Assembly (NCBI GenBank): GCA_002269645.1
Contig: NIVC01000461.1
Coordinates: 525,377-589,376, forward strand
DNA: 64,000 nt
Direction: 5' to 3'
Source of the DNA: Macrostomum lignano
Taxonomy: Eukaryota
The notes under the pieces: model-generated
Told to the model about the DNA's origin: nothing
Seen by the model: the letters and a program-made list of their open reading frames with translations, nothing else
The model's database searches: none
Shown: piece after piece, positions 51,462-62,662 of the stretch
Numbering within the stretch: the first letter of the stretch is position 1
How the letters are laid out: each line of letters begins with the position of its first letter
Translations under genes and position numbers: made by a program

Positions 51462-54400
51462 ATGATCAGCAACCAGGGAATCCATTGCCTGCAGATTAAT
51501 CTGCAGCACTGCGTCGCAGCCTCGGTCAACCTTATGCGTTACGCCGAGCTCGACAAGCCGGGGCTCATCCTCGTCCAGGAACCCTGGACTCTCAGAGGTA
51601 AGCCTCAAAACGCCCCTGCTGGCTACAATTGTTTTTATACTTACCCTCGCGAGGCCAACCAGCCTCCCAGAGCTTGCATCTTTGCGAGCAAAACGCTCAG
51701 TGCGTGGCTCAGATCGGACCTGTCCAACAGGGACATCTGCGTCATCCAATCCGAGGACCTTCTTCCTGGGAAGACCACCCTCATTGCCTCGGTTTACCTA
51801 CCAGGCGATGCTGCGGTCGTCCCCAGAGCCCTCGCTACGCTGGTAGAGCTCTGCTCTGCCAAAAACTACGAGCTCATGGTTGCCGGCGACATCAACGCCC
51901 ACCACACTCACTGGGGCAGCACTGGCATTAATCAGAGAGGCGAAGACCTCCTAGCCTACGTTGCCTCTACGACCCTCGAGTTCTGCAACTCTGGGTCCAC
52001 CCCTACCTTTGACAACGGACGGTGGTCGGAGGTGATCGACGCTACGCTCGCAACGCCCAGACTCTACCAGAGTATTGGGGCGTGGCGGGTGCTTCCAGTG
52101 TCCTCACTATCGGATCACAAGTTCATCTCCTTCAACCTAATGGCCGCGCGTAGCGCAACTCGTGTTATGTGGAGACGGAACGCCAGAAATACGGATTGGG
52201 AAACCTTCGGGCTCGCCCTGAAGGAATTCCATCGGTCTCCTGGCCAACCATCCACGATCACGTCGTGCCGAGAGGCGGATGAGTGCGCGACTGTTTTGAC
52301 AGAGACGCTAACCGCCGCCTTTGAGGCGTCCTGCCCTTTAAAAGCCTATAAAGGGAAAAAATCGGCGCCGTGGTGGAATCCCGAGCTCGGCAACCTCCGT
52401 CGCAGGGCTAAGAGACTCCACCGCAGAGCAACTAAAACTAAGAGCCCTGCAGACCAAACCGCCTATCATGAAGCAATTCATGAGTTTAAAAGGCAGGTTA
52501 GGAATGCAAAGGCTCAAAAATGGCGACAATACTGTGAGGAGCTAGAGGGCTCACGCCCCACCTCCAGAGTTGTGAAAGCGCTCACGCTGGACAAAATGTC
52601 TAAGCTCTCCTCGGTCAAACGCACCGACGGTACGTCCACGGACAACCCAGGGGAAACGCTTGATGTAATGCTCACTGCGTTTTTCCCTAACGAGCCAGCT
52701 AACCAGACCACTCCGGATCACTCGGAGGGAGGTCACGCGCTGGCTGCATCTATCATCACGGAGGACCGCATTGTGAGAGCGGCAAATTCCTTCAAGCCTT
52801 TCAAAGCCCCAGGACCCGACGGCATTGTACCGGCCCTTCTAAGAGAGGCGGTTAAATGCCCAGGCTTCCTGCGCAAACTTTGCAGCCTTCTTCGGGCATG
52901 CATCACGCTTGGTTATGTCCCGCAGGCATGGACCGAGGCAAAGGTGATCTTTATCCCTAAGCCAGGCCGCCCGGACTACCATTCTATCAAATCCTTCAGA
53001 CCGATCAGCTTGACCTCCTCCCTGGTCAAGCTGATGGAGAGACTGGTGCTTTGGCGCCTTCTCTCTGTTGAGCTGAAGAACAAACCTCTCAGCGAGAACC
53101 AGCACGCTTTTCGGGCGGGTCGCTCCACTGAAAGCGCGCTGCACGTCCTGGTCGATAAACTCGAGAAGGCCGTGCTTGGTAGTGGCTTTGCTCTGGGGAT
53201 CTTCCTGGACATCATTGGCGCCTTCGATAACGTCCTCTTTGAGGCGTTCCGAAGAGCTCTTTGTGAGAGGCTAACGCACTCACATCTCACCAGATGGATC
53301 ATGTACATGATCAGCCATCGCACGGCCACCGCCAGTCTGCTGGGCTACCAGAGGACGGTCCCCGTCTGCAAAGGTAGCCCGCAAGGTGGGGTGCTGTCTC
53401 CAGTTCTCTGGAATATGGTCATTGATGAGCTCCTCCGGGATGTTCGGCCTGACCCCATTCTGAAAGTTGGATATGCGGACGATGTCACCGCGGTGGCATC
53501 TGGTCCGTCCCCTGATACCCTCAGGGACCTTCTTCAGAACTTCATCTACGCTGCTGAGCAATGGGCGGACCGCTGTGGTTTAAGGCTCTCTGAGACTAAG
53601 ACCGCAGCGATCATGTTCACCAGCAGGACCAAGTGGCAGATTCGGCCGCTCACGCTTTACGGAAGGGAAATCCCCTTCTGCAAGCAGACTAAATGTCTGG
53701 GTATTACCCTGGACCACAGGCTGAACTGGTCTCCCCACGTTCAAACAAAAGCCAAAAAGGCCTTCGCAGTCCTCGCGCAATTGCGCAGGGCCGTCGGCAC
53801 CACCTGGGGGCTCACCCCCAAGCGCCTCTGGTGGATCTACACTGCAATGGTTAGGCCCGCTATCTCGTATGGCGGCCTGATCTGGGCTAGCGCCCTGCAG
53901 ATAAAGACCTGTCTAGAGGCTCTCAGGAGAGCGCAAGGGCGCGCTTGTCGCACGATCATGAGCGCCCCTCCGTCTGCTCCTTACGATGGCCTCAACGCCT
54001 TCCTCAACATTCCTCCGCTGGACATCTTTGTCCGCAGGGAAGCGGCTAAGACTGCCCGCCGTCTAGCTGACGCTGGCATTCGAATCCAGCCCCATAGGGC
54101 CATGGCTAAGCGCAAGCTTCTGCCCCACGCTGACCTCTGCCTCAAGGACTTGAGAGACAGCGGCGGGCTCCACGTCCTATCTGACGGCGAACCCCGCACT
54201 CTCAACCTCTTTCAGCGCTACAAGGTCACCATCCCCTCTAGGGATGCTGCCAATGACCACTGGAATTTCCAGGAGGTCCATTGCTACACGGACGGATCCA
54301 TCAAAGACGGTCGCGCCGGCTTTGGGGTCTGCATTATCATCAACGGCCGCGTAATTGCCACGCATGCCCAGCACACTGGTAGACTCTCCACAGTCTTCCA

Positions 54401-55166
54401 GAACGAAGTCCTTGCCATCAGCTCTTGCGCTGCAGAGCTAAACGCCAAGGTTACGAGAGGAAAGACTATTGTCATCCACTCCGACAGCCAAGCGGCCTTA
54501 CAGGCCCTTTGCCACACCACAACGAACTCCCGGACAGTCGCCGACTGCGCCCGGCAGCTCAACCTCCTGGCCAGAAGCAATACTGTCAGGCTGAAGTGGA
54601 TCCCAGGGCACGCAGGGTTTCCGGGGAACGAGCTGGCAGACACCCTCGCCAAGAGGGGCGGCTCTGGCTCTTTTTTCGGCCCTGCCCCCCTGGTCCCTAT
54701 GCCCTTGACAGTCATCAATCGTCAGATCGACGACTGGGCTGACTCCCTCCACAGGGACAGATGGGCGGGCACCCAAAACTGCCGGCAATCTCGTGCCGCG
54801 GTTCCTTGCCCGTCTCACAGGCTCAGAAACATCCTTCTGAACCAGAATCGGAAGGATATTCGAGCCCTTGTCATGACCCTTACCGGCCATGGCTACCTCG
54901 CCAGGCACTGCTTCCTCCGAGGCGACCTCGAGAGCGAAATTTGCCCCTTTTGCGAGTGCGACAATGAAGATGCTCAGCACTTTGTCTGTCACTGCCCTTT
55001 CTTTAACAGAGACCGGCTACGCTACCTCGGGCCGAACCCGTCCATTGACGAGGTTTGCCAGCCCGACAGCATCCCACGGCTCATCCAGTTCCTTCGGGCG
55101 ACTAGACGAGCCAGTTTCTTCCCAACGGAAGATCACGCTGCAGGACGGACCGGCGGACCACCCTGA
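51462..55166 (+). CDS. Retrotransposon ORF2p: APE endonuclease, reverse transcriptase, RNase H, C-terminal zinc finger (about 1234 aa)
   Basis: APE: QINLQH, LVQEPW, GDINAHH, SDHK. RT: KAPGPDGI, FRPISL, PQGGVLSP, YADD. RNase H: YTDGS, QNE, SDSQA, WIPGHAGFPGNELAD. Zinc finger CPFCECDNEDAQHFVCHC. First ATG at 51462. Confidence 0.95.
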   Translation: MISNQGIHCLQINLQHCVAASVNLMRYAELDKPGLILVQEPWTLRGKPQNAPAGYNCFYTYPREANQPPRACIFASKTLSAWLRSDLSNRDICVIQSEDLLPGKTTLIASVYLPGDAAVVPRALATLVELCSAKNYELMVAGDINAHHTHWGSTGINQRGEDLLAYVASTTLEFCNSGSTPTFDNGRWSEVIDATLATPRLYQSIGAWRVLPVSSLSDHKFISFNLMAARSATRVMWRRNARNTDWETFGLALKEFHRSPGQPSTITSCREADECATVLTETLTAAFEASCPLKAYKGKKSAPWWNPELGNLRRRAKRLHRRATKTKSPADQTAYHEAIHEFKRQVRNAKAQKWRQYCEELEGSRPTSRVVKALTLDKMSKLSSVKRTDGTSTDNPGETLDVMLTAFFPNEPANQTTPDHSEGGHALAASIITEDRIVRAANSFKPFKAPGPDGIVPALLREAVKCPGFLRKLCSLLRACITLGYVPQAWTEAKVIFIPKPGRPDYHSIKSFRPISLTSSLVKLMERLVLWRLLSVELKNKPLSENQHAFRAGRSTESALHVLVDKLEKAVLGSGFALGIFLDIIGAFDNVLFEAFRRALCERLTHSHLTRWIMYMISHRTATASLLGYQRTVPVCKGSPQGGVLSPVLWNMVIDELLRDVRPDPILKVGYADDVTAVASGPSPDTLRDLLQNFIYAAEQWADRCGLRLSETKTAAIMFTSRTKWQIRPLTLYGREIPFCKQTKCLGITLDHRLNWSPHVQTKAKKAFAVLAQLRRAVGTTWGLTPKRLWWIYTAMVRPAISYGGLIWASALQIKTCLEALRRAQGRACRTIMSAPPSAPYDGLNAFLNIPPLDIFVRREAAKTARRLADAGIRIQPHRAMAKRKLLPHADLCLKDLRDSGGLHVLSDGEPRTLNLFQRYKVTIPSRDAANDHWNFQEVHCYTDGSIKDGRAGFGVCIIINGRVIATHAQHTGRLSTVFQNEVLAISSCAAELNAKVTRGKTIVIHSDSQAALQALCHTTTNSRTVADCARQLNLLARSNTVRLKWIPGHAGFPGNELADTLAKRGGSGSFFGPAPLVPMPLTVINRQIDDWADSLHRDRWAGTQNCRQSRAAVPCPSHRLRNILLNQNRKDIRALVMTLTGHGYLARHCFLRGDLESEICPFCECDNEDAQHFVCHCPFFNRDRLRYLGPNPSIDEVCQPDSIPRLIQFLRATRRASFFPTEDHAAGRTGGPP

Positions 55167-55298
55167 CCGGCCCCACGCCTCTGCCTGTCTGCGGGCCTTC
55201 AGGGGCTAGCGGAATGGGCGACCCTCGCCTCCCCGCTGTGTCTACGGACCACCCTGCAGCTAAGTCAAGCTAAGTCAAGTAAGTCATAGTTTTTAATC

Positions 55299-55330
55299 TA
55301 GTCTAGTCTAGTCTAGTCTAGTCTAGTCCA
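55299..55330. repeat. (CTAGT)n microsatellite, continuing on the left of the element at about 49482-49508
   Basis: TAGTC repeated about 6 times right of the TSD; degenerate CTAGT copies left of the TSD. Confidence 0.85.
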
Positions 55331-58300
55331 GCATTCTTTAGACTGGATTTGAGCGGCCATTATTTCACACTTTTGATTTGATTGGACGAGAGATGGGGTG
55401 GGTGGGTCACTTGGGGCAGAGGGGTTATGATGTACATTGATTACGCGTGGCAAGAAGATAATAGGCGAGTCCAAAAACCTAAATAAATTAATTTCATTAA
55501 TAAAATCATAGAAGTATACCTGCTCTTGTCAATTGGAAACAATCTGCCGCTGCAGGAGTCGCGCGCTGAATGGTGCAATAATGACCGTTTTGACTTGGCA
55601 TTGTGTCTGGGAAAAAGTTCTTACAATGAGCAGCTTGTCATGATCCACCTGTCTTCGTAATTCCTCGATACAAAGATCCATGCATGTACATTGTACATCG
55701 TACATGCACATGTAATTAAGCCAAGGCCTAGCTTGTACTCCCCCCTATGAAAGCCGAATGAAAGCCGCAACATGCCAATTCCGACGCTCTCCACAAGCTA
55801 GCTAGACATCTAGCTAACCATCTTGCGAATTGCAATTGACTTATCAACCGTGTGTGTGTCGGTCCTGGCTGCATTTTGCAGTAATTGCTGACTGTGCTGG
55901 TAATTGTCGCAATTTTGTGCCTCCGAATATAATTGACCGTCTTGAACAGTCTGGAAATTACGGACCGCTTTTAAGTAGCCCGCGTAATTGCAATCTGAAT
56001 TTTCTTTTAATTTTACATGCGACAAGAAAATACTATGCATGCAGTATATGGAGAACGAGACAAAAAAGCATTACACAGGAACGATCAGTCCTGTAAGCTC
56101 AATCAATCGCATATAGAGAGACAAACCATTTTTAGTACTCTCGTATATTGATTTAGTTGTTCAATTTTCAATTGTGCCAGGTGCTTGATTGCCATGATCG
56201 TAATTGCGCTGCAAGAAATTGTCTAAACAAGCAGGCCGCTGCAATTGTAGCAGTTAATCGATCATGCAAATAGCCTGAGCAGAAGATTTTCTATGATGGC
56301 CTGCAGGCGAGCGTCGCCATATGGATTTTAAGGTGGGGGGGGGGGACAAAGCCAAGAATTATGCATGCACGGACTTTTTATTTAATTTTTGAAATACAGG
56401 TTTTTTATCCAGCCTAATATAATGAATAAATGTATTAAATATTACATTCGTTTTTATTATTTATATCATTACAAAACTTGACAGCTGCAGAAATTCTTAG
56501 CTGGTACCCTAATTAGTTCCTTGCCGCAAGTTTTCTCCGCTGGCAACTTTCTCAGCTGGCAAAGTTCGTAGTACATGTAGGACCCTGCACAATTGCATTC
56601 GAGGTGCCGTACTTGAGAGCGACCGGCCACCATCTCATTTATTGGAATTGGGCGTTAAATGTCAGAGACACCGTTTCATTTGAAGGAAAGCCATTTTACT
56701 TTTTGACTTGTTATGGTCACAGAGCCAGAAGCGCTATGTACATGTAGCTAGTAGTATATAGTAGCACCAGCAGCGGTAAGTACCGGGGCGCCAGCATCCT
56801 ATGGGGTGTGACAGCTAGCACAGGATGCCATGGACCAAGGGGTGGCCAGCAACAGGAGAGCTGCTGTAAGAGGTTGCTTTACTTTTAAGATATTACTTTT
56901 GGCAAGCCCATAACTACATGTACATGTACGCCTAGATCTAGAGTACGTAATGATTAACATCGTGTTATTACTACGCATTAGCTTAATCTGATGTTAATTT
57001 ATTACTGACTGAGATTAAATTTTCCACACAAAGTAGTTCCTGCATAACTTATGTCTGTGTGATTGCATGTGCACAAGTAAAATACAAAGGAAATTCTTTG
57101 ATTAATACACATGTAAAGACAATTAAATATTAGTAATTATTAAATATTAAAAAATTATAAATATACAAATATAGATTTCAAAACTTTATCGAACAGAGCT
57201 GTGCGCCATAGTGCGGTAAATACGACTGAAATGCACCAAAAAATCCTTAAAATTTTTTGTAGGTTTTAAGTCGGTTGCATTGTAGCTAAGAGAATTAGAA
57301 AAGTCAAGCTATAGTTTCGTCACCTTTATACTCATGCAGCCGTAAATTCCTAAAATTGCGCCGCTTTGTTTCTTTTGAGTTTTCCTCAATCCAAAACGTA
57401 AATCTTAGCTGAAACAGAGTTTGACATAGTACAGTTTAATACTTAATACCTACTTCAATTAAGGAAGTGAGTTTAGTTTATTCTATTTTAATTTAAACTT
57501 GACCGACACTTCTTTCTTAGAAATATCGCCAGCACCATTACTTTGCAAAACACGTAGGCTGTAGCACGCTTCTGTTGTATTTAGGACTAAGGAGCTTAAG
57601 CCGAGCTACCGATTCATAATAAAAATTATATAATGGTGTATAGCACAGCCATTTTGACTGTGATTTTCCTCGAATTTAGGTCCAGGCCAATATCTAGATT
57701 AGACCTGGCTTATGTTATGTTATGTGTGAAGTGTGGCATTTTTTGGGGGTTTTATGACTGACATTTTCGTCTTCAACAAAAATTTTGATAGGCCTAGAGC
57801 CTTTTGCCTCCGGCACTTAATGCTTGCTGCAATTTTTTAAAAATTAAAGTCATTGTTTCAAATCACGTTTCAGCATTCAACTACAAAATCGCCTACCTAC
57901 TTATCTATAACTAGGCCTATATTATTATATTAGACTTAGTTTTAGACTTAGAGTTAGACATAACATTAACAATAAAATAATAATATTAATGCTAAGGCAG
58001 GCTGCAGTGGCCTTTTTGCTATTTATTAAAGATTAGGGTTAGGGCCTAGCCTAGCTAGGTTGACAATATTTATCATTAGGCCTAGGATTATGCCTAGATA
58101 GCTATAGCTTAGGCCTACTGCTTATAGCTATATGCCTATAGCCCAAATTATAATTTTTGTTCAAAATCCTAAATGCATTCCCTATGCTATGTGTGCTAGG
58201 GTAGGCCTTAACAAAAACTTGTGCATTTGTGTATATCCATAGTTTGGATTGTGTATTAATGTATGCTGTATTTAATTCAAGAAAAAATGATAAGACCTCG

Positions 58301-59839
58301 TTTGTACACTAGGTTTGTGCACCAATACAAAAAAATTTGTCATTTGACACAATCTATCTGCTGTGTCATGTATGCCAAGATATACCTTGATATATACTAA
58401 AAATGCTAAGACCCTTGTTATATGCTAGGAAATCTTAGCATACATGTTGCTTTCCAAATTATAGGTATATATAGTTCTAACAAACTTGCGCAACTCTAAA
58501 AAGTTTATGTCATATGCACAGCTTATTTGTTTAAAAAACTTATATGATTTCATTTAAAAATATTAAATATTGTATTTGCTATAGTTAAACAAAGTTATCA
58601 TTTATCATATATTTAAAATAATAAAACAATACCATGGTCATGGAGCGGAGCAATATATTGTCATTAATAATAAAAAATAATTAGGCCCTATGAAATTTAT
58701 TTTTAGTTGTTTATTTTTAGGGTTAATTATATAGATTTGAGCTTTATATAAAACAAAAATAGATATGGCAGATGAAGAATTTAGCAAGCATAGCAGTGAT
58801 GAAAGTTCTACTATAGCCCCATAGTCAGGATGATATACATTACACCGGAAATTTCTGGCATACAATTGAAAATTTTACTTTTTTGGCATACAATTAGGCA
58901 TAAAAAAATGAGGCGAAATATATTTGGCGTACCTTTTGGCGTGACACCGTGGCGTAAATACGCCAAGCAGCGTACGCCAACTCTAACCTTCATGCCAAAG
59001 TTAATATTAACAATTGTTGGCATAATGCCATAACCTCAGAATCTTATTATAAAATCATAAAAACTGTAAAGCTAGTAAGCAAAGATGAAAGTTCATAACT
59101 ATTCATGATTTATAAAAATTTAAAATTCTACACAAATTAATCGTGTTGATTTTCTAAAAAAAACTTAAACAATAAATTGATTTTTGTTGGCATTATCTGT
59201 AAGCTAATTTACTTTAAAGGAAAACCACACATTTGTTACATTTTTATTGTTAAAAAATGTGTAACACGCAAAAAAGGTCATTTATTGTTGCAAAGCCTAG
59301 AAAACCTGGCGTAAGTTCCTTGGACCTTGGCGTACGTTTCAGTATAAAGTGGCATAGATTTTTTTTAGGGGACTTTTTATTCCCTATCACAAGATAAGCA
59401 ATGAAAAGTAAGTCTTGATTGTTGCTGCCATCAAGAGGTATGATAGTGCAATAGTACTAAGCACATTTTGCAATAGCTGGATATAAAGAGAAAAACTATA
59501 TATTTTATTAGGCATTACTATGAAATAATGGGCCTGTTTGATTGGGTTCTCTGAAATCAGTGTTAATATCAATCATTTTTTGATATGCCATCTATTTGCA
59601 GATGTTATTTCAGTGAAGTTATTCGTGAAGAACTTGTACAAACACTGTGAAAAAGATTAATTGTGTGCCAAGATTCTCAAATTGGTTGCTCCATAGATCC
59701 TCCTTTTGGGCCATAGACAATGAAGAGCAAGTCTTCAATAGCTTGATTTTCCTACTTAGGATTAAATTGCTTGCTCCTAGGCTTAATTGGCTTGAAAAAT
59801 GCTATATTTAAGTATTTAAATTATATAGGTTGTAAAAGC

Positions 59840-60010
59840 AGCATTACATAGTATAGTAGTAGTGGTATTAGTAGTATTATAGTATTATATAGTAGTATTA
59901 TAGTATATATAGTATATATAGTATATAGTATACTTGTACTTTTATATTAAGATATAGTATATCTTAATATACTATATATATACTATATAGTATATATATA
60001 GTATATACTA
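59840..60010. repeat. AT-rich TAG/TATAG microsatellite with an embedded palindrome
   Basis: 14-bp perfect arms at 59943-59956 and 59958-59971. Confidence 0.8.
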
Positions 60011-60244
60011 GCAATGTTGTACCCCCCTTTGGTGCAGCCGTTAAGAAAGGGACAAAATTTTGTTACTTAAATGAATTAGAAAAATATGCTTTAAAAGCTA
60101 TGAAAATTTAGTATCATACTAACATACAATCACCTTTTGAGTAAAAATATCATGGACAAAGATATTTGCTATGAATCTCTTTTTTTCTAAAACTAACAAA
60201 AGTACACAAGAAAAAAAACCTTCACAAAAAGTAGCAGCCATTTT

Positions 60245-60380
60245 CTAGATGGCAAGCCTCCCCCCCAGACAGCAAGCGTCCCCCCTGATAGCAAGCACCC
60301 CCCCCGATAGCAAACACCCCCCCCCAAAAGCAAGCATCCCCTCAGATAGCAAGCATCATCCGATAGCAAGCATCCCTGCA
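60245..60380. repeat. About 7 degenerate 17-20 bp repeats (GATAGCAAGCAYCCCCC)
   Basis: Tandem units directly visible. Confidence 0.75.
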
Positions 60381-60691
60381 AAGAAATGCAAAGAAGAGTT
60401 TAGAGGAAAATATATAGTATGAAATAATTCTAGATTTGAAATGATGTAAATATATTGCATTTAAGAATTGTTGAATAAGAAAAACAATTTAATGATATTT
60501 TTATCTTTAAAAAATTCAACAGTTTTGGTTTTACTTGTTTCTAATCAAGCTTATTATTCTTTCTATAGATGTTGTATGTGTATTATAAAAGTTTGTTAAG
60601 ATGATAGAACCCACAGTGTTTTAACAATATTAACAAAGACAATGTTAAATGGCTTTCTACCTTACTCTCTACCCCACCCTACTCGCATCAA

Positions 60692-61300
60692 GTGCAGCCT
60701 ATTTTGGCAAAGGAATTTTTGGCAAAAGTGAATTTTTAGTTTGCATAAATGTTACATATTTTGGCAAAAGAAAGTGACCAGTTTGGTGAAAAAATAAGGC
60801 TATTTAATTATAACTTATATTTACAAGTAAAAAAACTTTGGTAATTGTAGCTTTAAAAAATTATTAATTGACTGCCTTGCACATATTTGTAGTTTATAAA
60901 TTAAAAAACTCATAACTTAGCCAGTGGCTAAATGTTATCTACATGCAAATCACAATTGATAGATTAGGAATAATAGTGTGGTTTTTCAGCTTTTCAGTTG
61001 TTTAATCATACTTTAAAATCCCAATTTAATGGAATGGCACCTAATGAAACAACTTTTTTCTAATCAAACAGTAAAATTGCCACAGAATTAAACCATAGTA
61101 CACTAAAAGTCTTTTTAAAGTTTGTCTTCTTTTTTGACTTTTTCTGAAACAACAAACTCTTCACTCTTTGCTAGAGCTTGAATCAATCTCAATAAATTGT
61201 TTGCCAAAATTGCCAATTTTAGACAAAATGGTTATTGCAAAATTTTTTTGCTATTATCAACTTTGGCCAAAAATTCCTTTGCCAAAGTGAGTTGAAACCT
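60692..61300. mobile_element. About 600-bp MITE-like element with TTGGCAAA subterminal motifs
   Basis: Inverted GGCAAAGGAATTTTTGGC(A/C)AAAG near both ends; exact termini and TSD not resolved. Confidence 0.55.
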
Positions 61301-61333
61301 CTTAATCCCCACTTCTTTCCTAGCAAATGAATA

Positions 61334-62662
61334 CGAGGGGCACCCAAAAAGTTTTAGCAATTAGTCAACTATTAAAAAACAGTAACTGCAAAGAACAACT
61401 GAACATGTTACAATCCTTCAATGTAGTCTCCCCCTCTCTCAATGCACTTTTGGTGCCGCCGAATCCATGCTTCAAATGCACCATGGTACTCAGAAGCAGG
61501 TATGGCCTTAAGCTCTGAATTGATGCACTTAGCCAGGTCTTGGCATTGGTGAAAATTCTGTCCTGCCAGCCATTTAGTCAGCTTGGTGAACACCCAGAAG
61601 TCGCAAGGAACCAAGTGAAGACTGTAGGGTGGGTGGCAGATGGTCTTGATGTTGTTGGCTGCCAGAAAGTTGGTTGTCAGGGCCGCTGTGTGACTGGATG
61701 CATTGTCATGGTGCAGGTGAACTTGCCCAGCTTGAAGCCATGAGGGCTGAGTTGCATGAAGTGACGCCATGAATTGTGGCAGAACCGTACTGAAGTAGAA
61801 GTTGGCATTCACATTCTGTCCATTAGGCACCATGATGATGGCCCAGGGCCCAGATGTGCTGATGAAGACAACAAAAATCTCCTTCTGGGACCGAAAGCTG
61901 GACTGCAGGACAGTCAGCCTCACGTCTCCAGAGCCCACCCAGGCCTTGTTCTGCATCTTCTGGGACACTTGAAAATAAAAAAACCATTTCTCATCACCTG
62001 TAACAACGTCAGAAAGCCTCTGGCTGCCTCCTGGACCAAAGTTGCGCAGGAGTTCCTGGCTGCACTGCACCCTCTCCCTTTTCTGCTCTTCTGTCAGGAG
62101 GTGGGGCACCCAGCTGGCGGTGACCTTGCGGAGGCCCAGGTGGCTATGCAGGATGGTGTGCGTACTGCCATTGGAAATACCGATAGTCTCGCTAATCACA
62201 GAGATGGTAATGTTTGGATCCTCGTCCACCAGAGCCCTGACAGCAGCGATGTTGGCTTCGGTCACAGCTGTGCTAGGTCGTCCAGATTGGGGGTCGTCGT
62301 TCAAGGAGGCCCGTCCAGCGTTGATGGACTCTATCTACCGGGTGACCGTGCGATAGGAAATGGCTTGGTCCCCGACTACCTGACCAGGTCTGCATGGATT
62401 TTGACCACGCTTTCTCCAAGTTGTGAGCACATGAAAATGTAGAATTGCTACTGGTCTGGTTGCATTGGCTCCATTTTCGGCAGAGTGTAAAACACCACCT
62501 TGCATTGGCCATGCACAAGTATAACACATTCGAGGGAAAAAAGTCATGCTCTGTGGTTGAAACCAATATATGTCTGCAATTTAGTAAAAAAAATTCAACG
62601 CTTTATGATATGTACTTTTGGAGATATTAGGTCAGTTGCCAAAACTTTTTGAATGCCCCTTG
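61334..62662 (-). mobile_element. 1329-bp decayed mariner element
   Basis: TA-flanked imperfect 33-bp TIRs (CGAGGGGCACCCAAAAAGTTTTAGCAA / CAAGGGGCATTCAAAAAGTTTTGGCAA). Confidence 0.92.
61408..62440 (-). pseudogene. Mariner D,D34D transposase pseudogene
   Basis: ORF 61408-62304 has WVPHLLT, TGDEKW, HHDNASSH and YSLHLVPCDF (normally YSPDLAP.D); the N-terminal HTH is broken by a frameshift and a TAG stop. Confidence 0.88.

Larger units (their letters stand above)
49522..55285 (+). mobile_element. Full-length intact non-LTR retrotransposon, I-group, LOA/Lian-like, with RNase H
   Basis: TSD (A)TAGTTTTTAATC at 49509-49521 and 55286-55298; two uninterrupted ORFs; 3' tail (TAAGTCAAGC)n. Clade assignment rests on domain order and recalled motifs. 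Confidence 0.93.

Noticed and set aside
2786-55209. Numerous overlapping antisense or alternative-frame ORFs within GC-rich exons and the LINE
   Set aside because: Expected shadow ORFs of GC-rich coding sequence; no independent motifs.
58840-59360. Scattered TTGGCGT / TACGCCA words
   Set aside because: Probably a decayed MITE interior; no ends or TSD could be defined.
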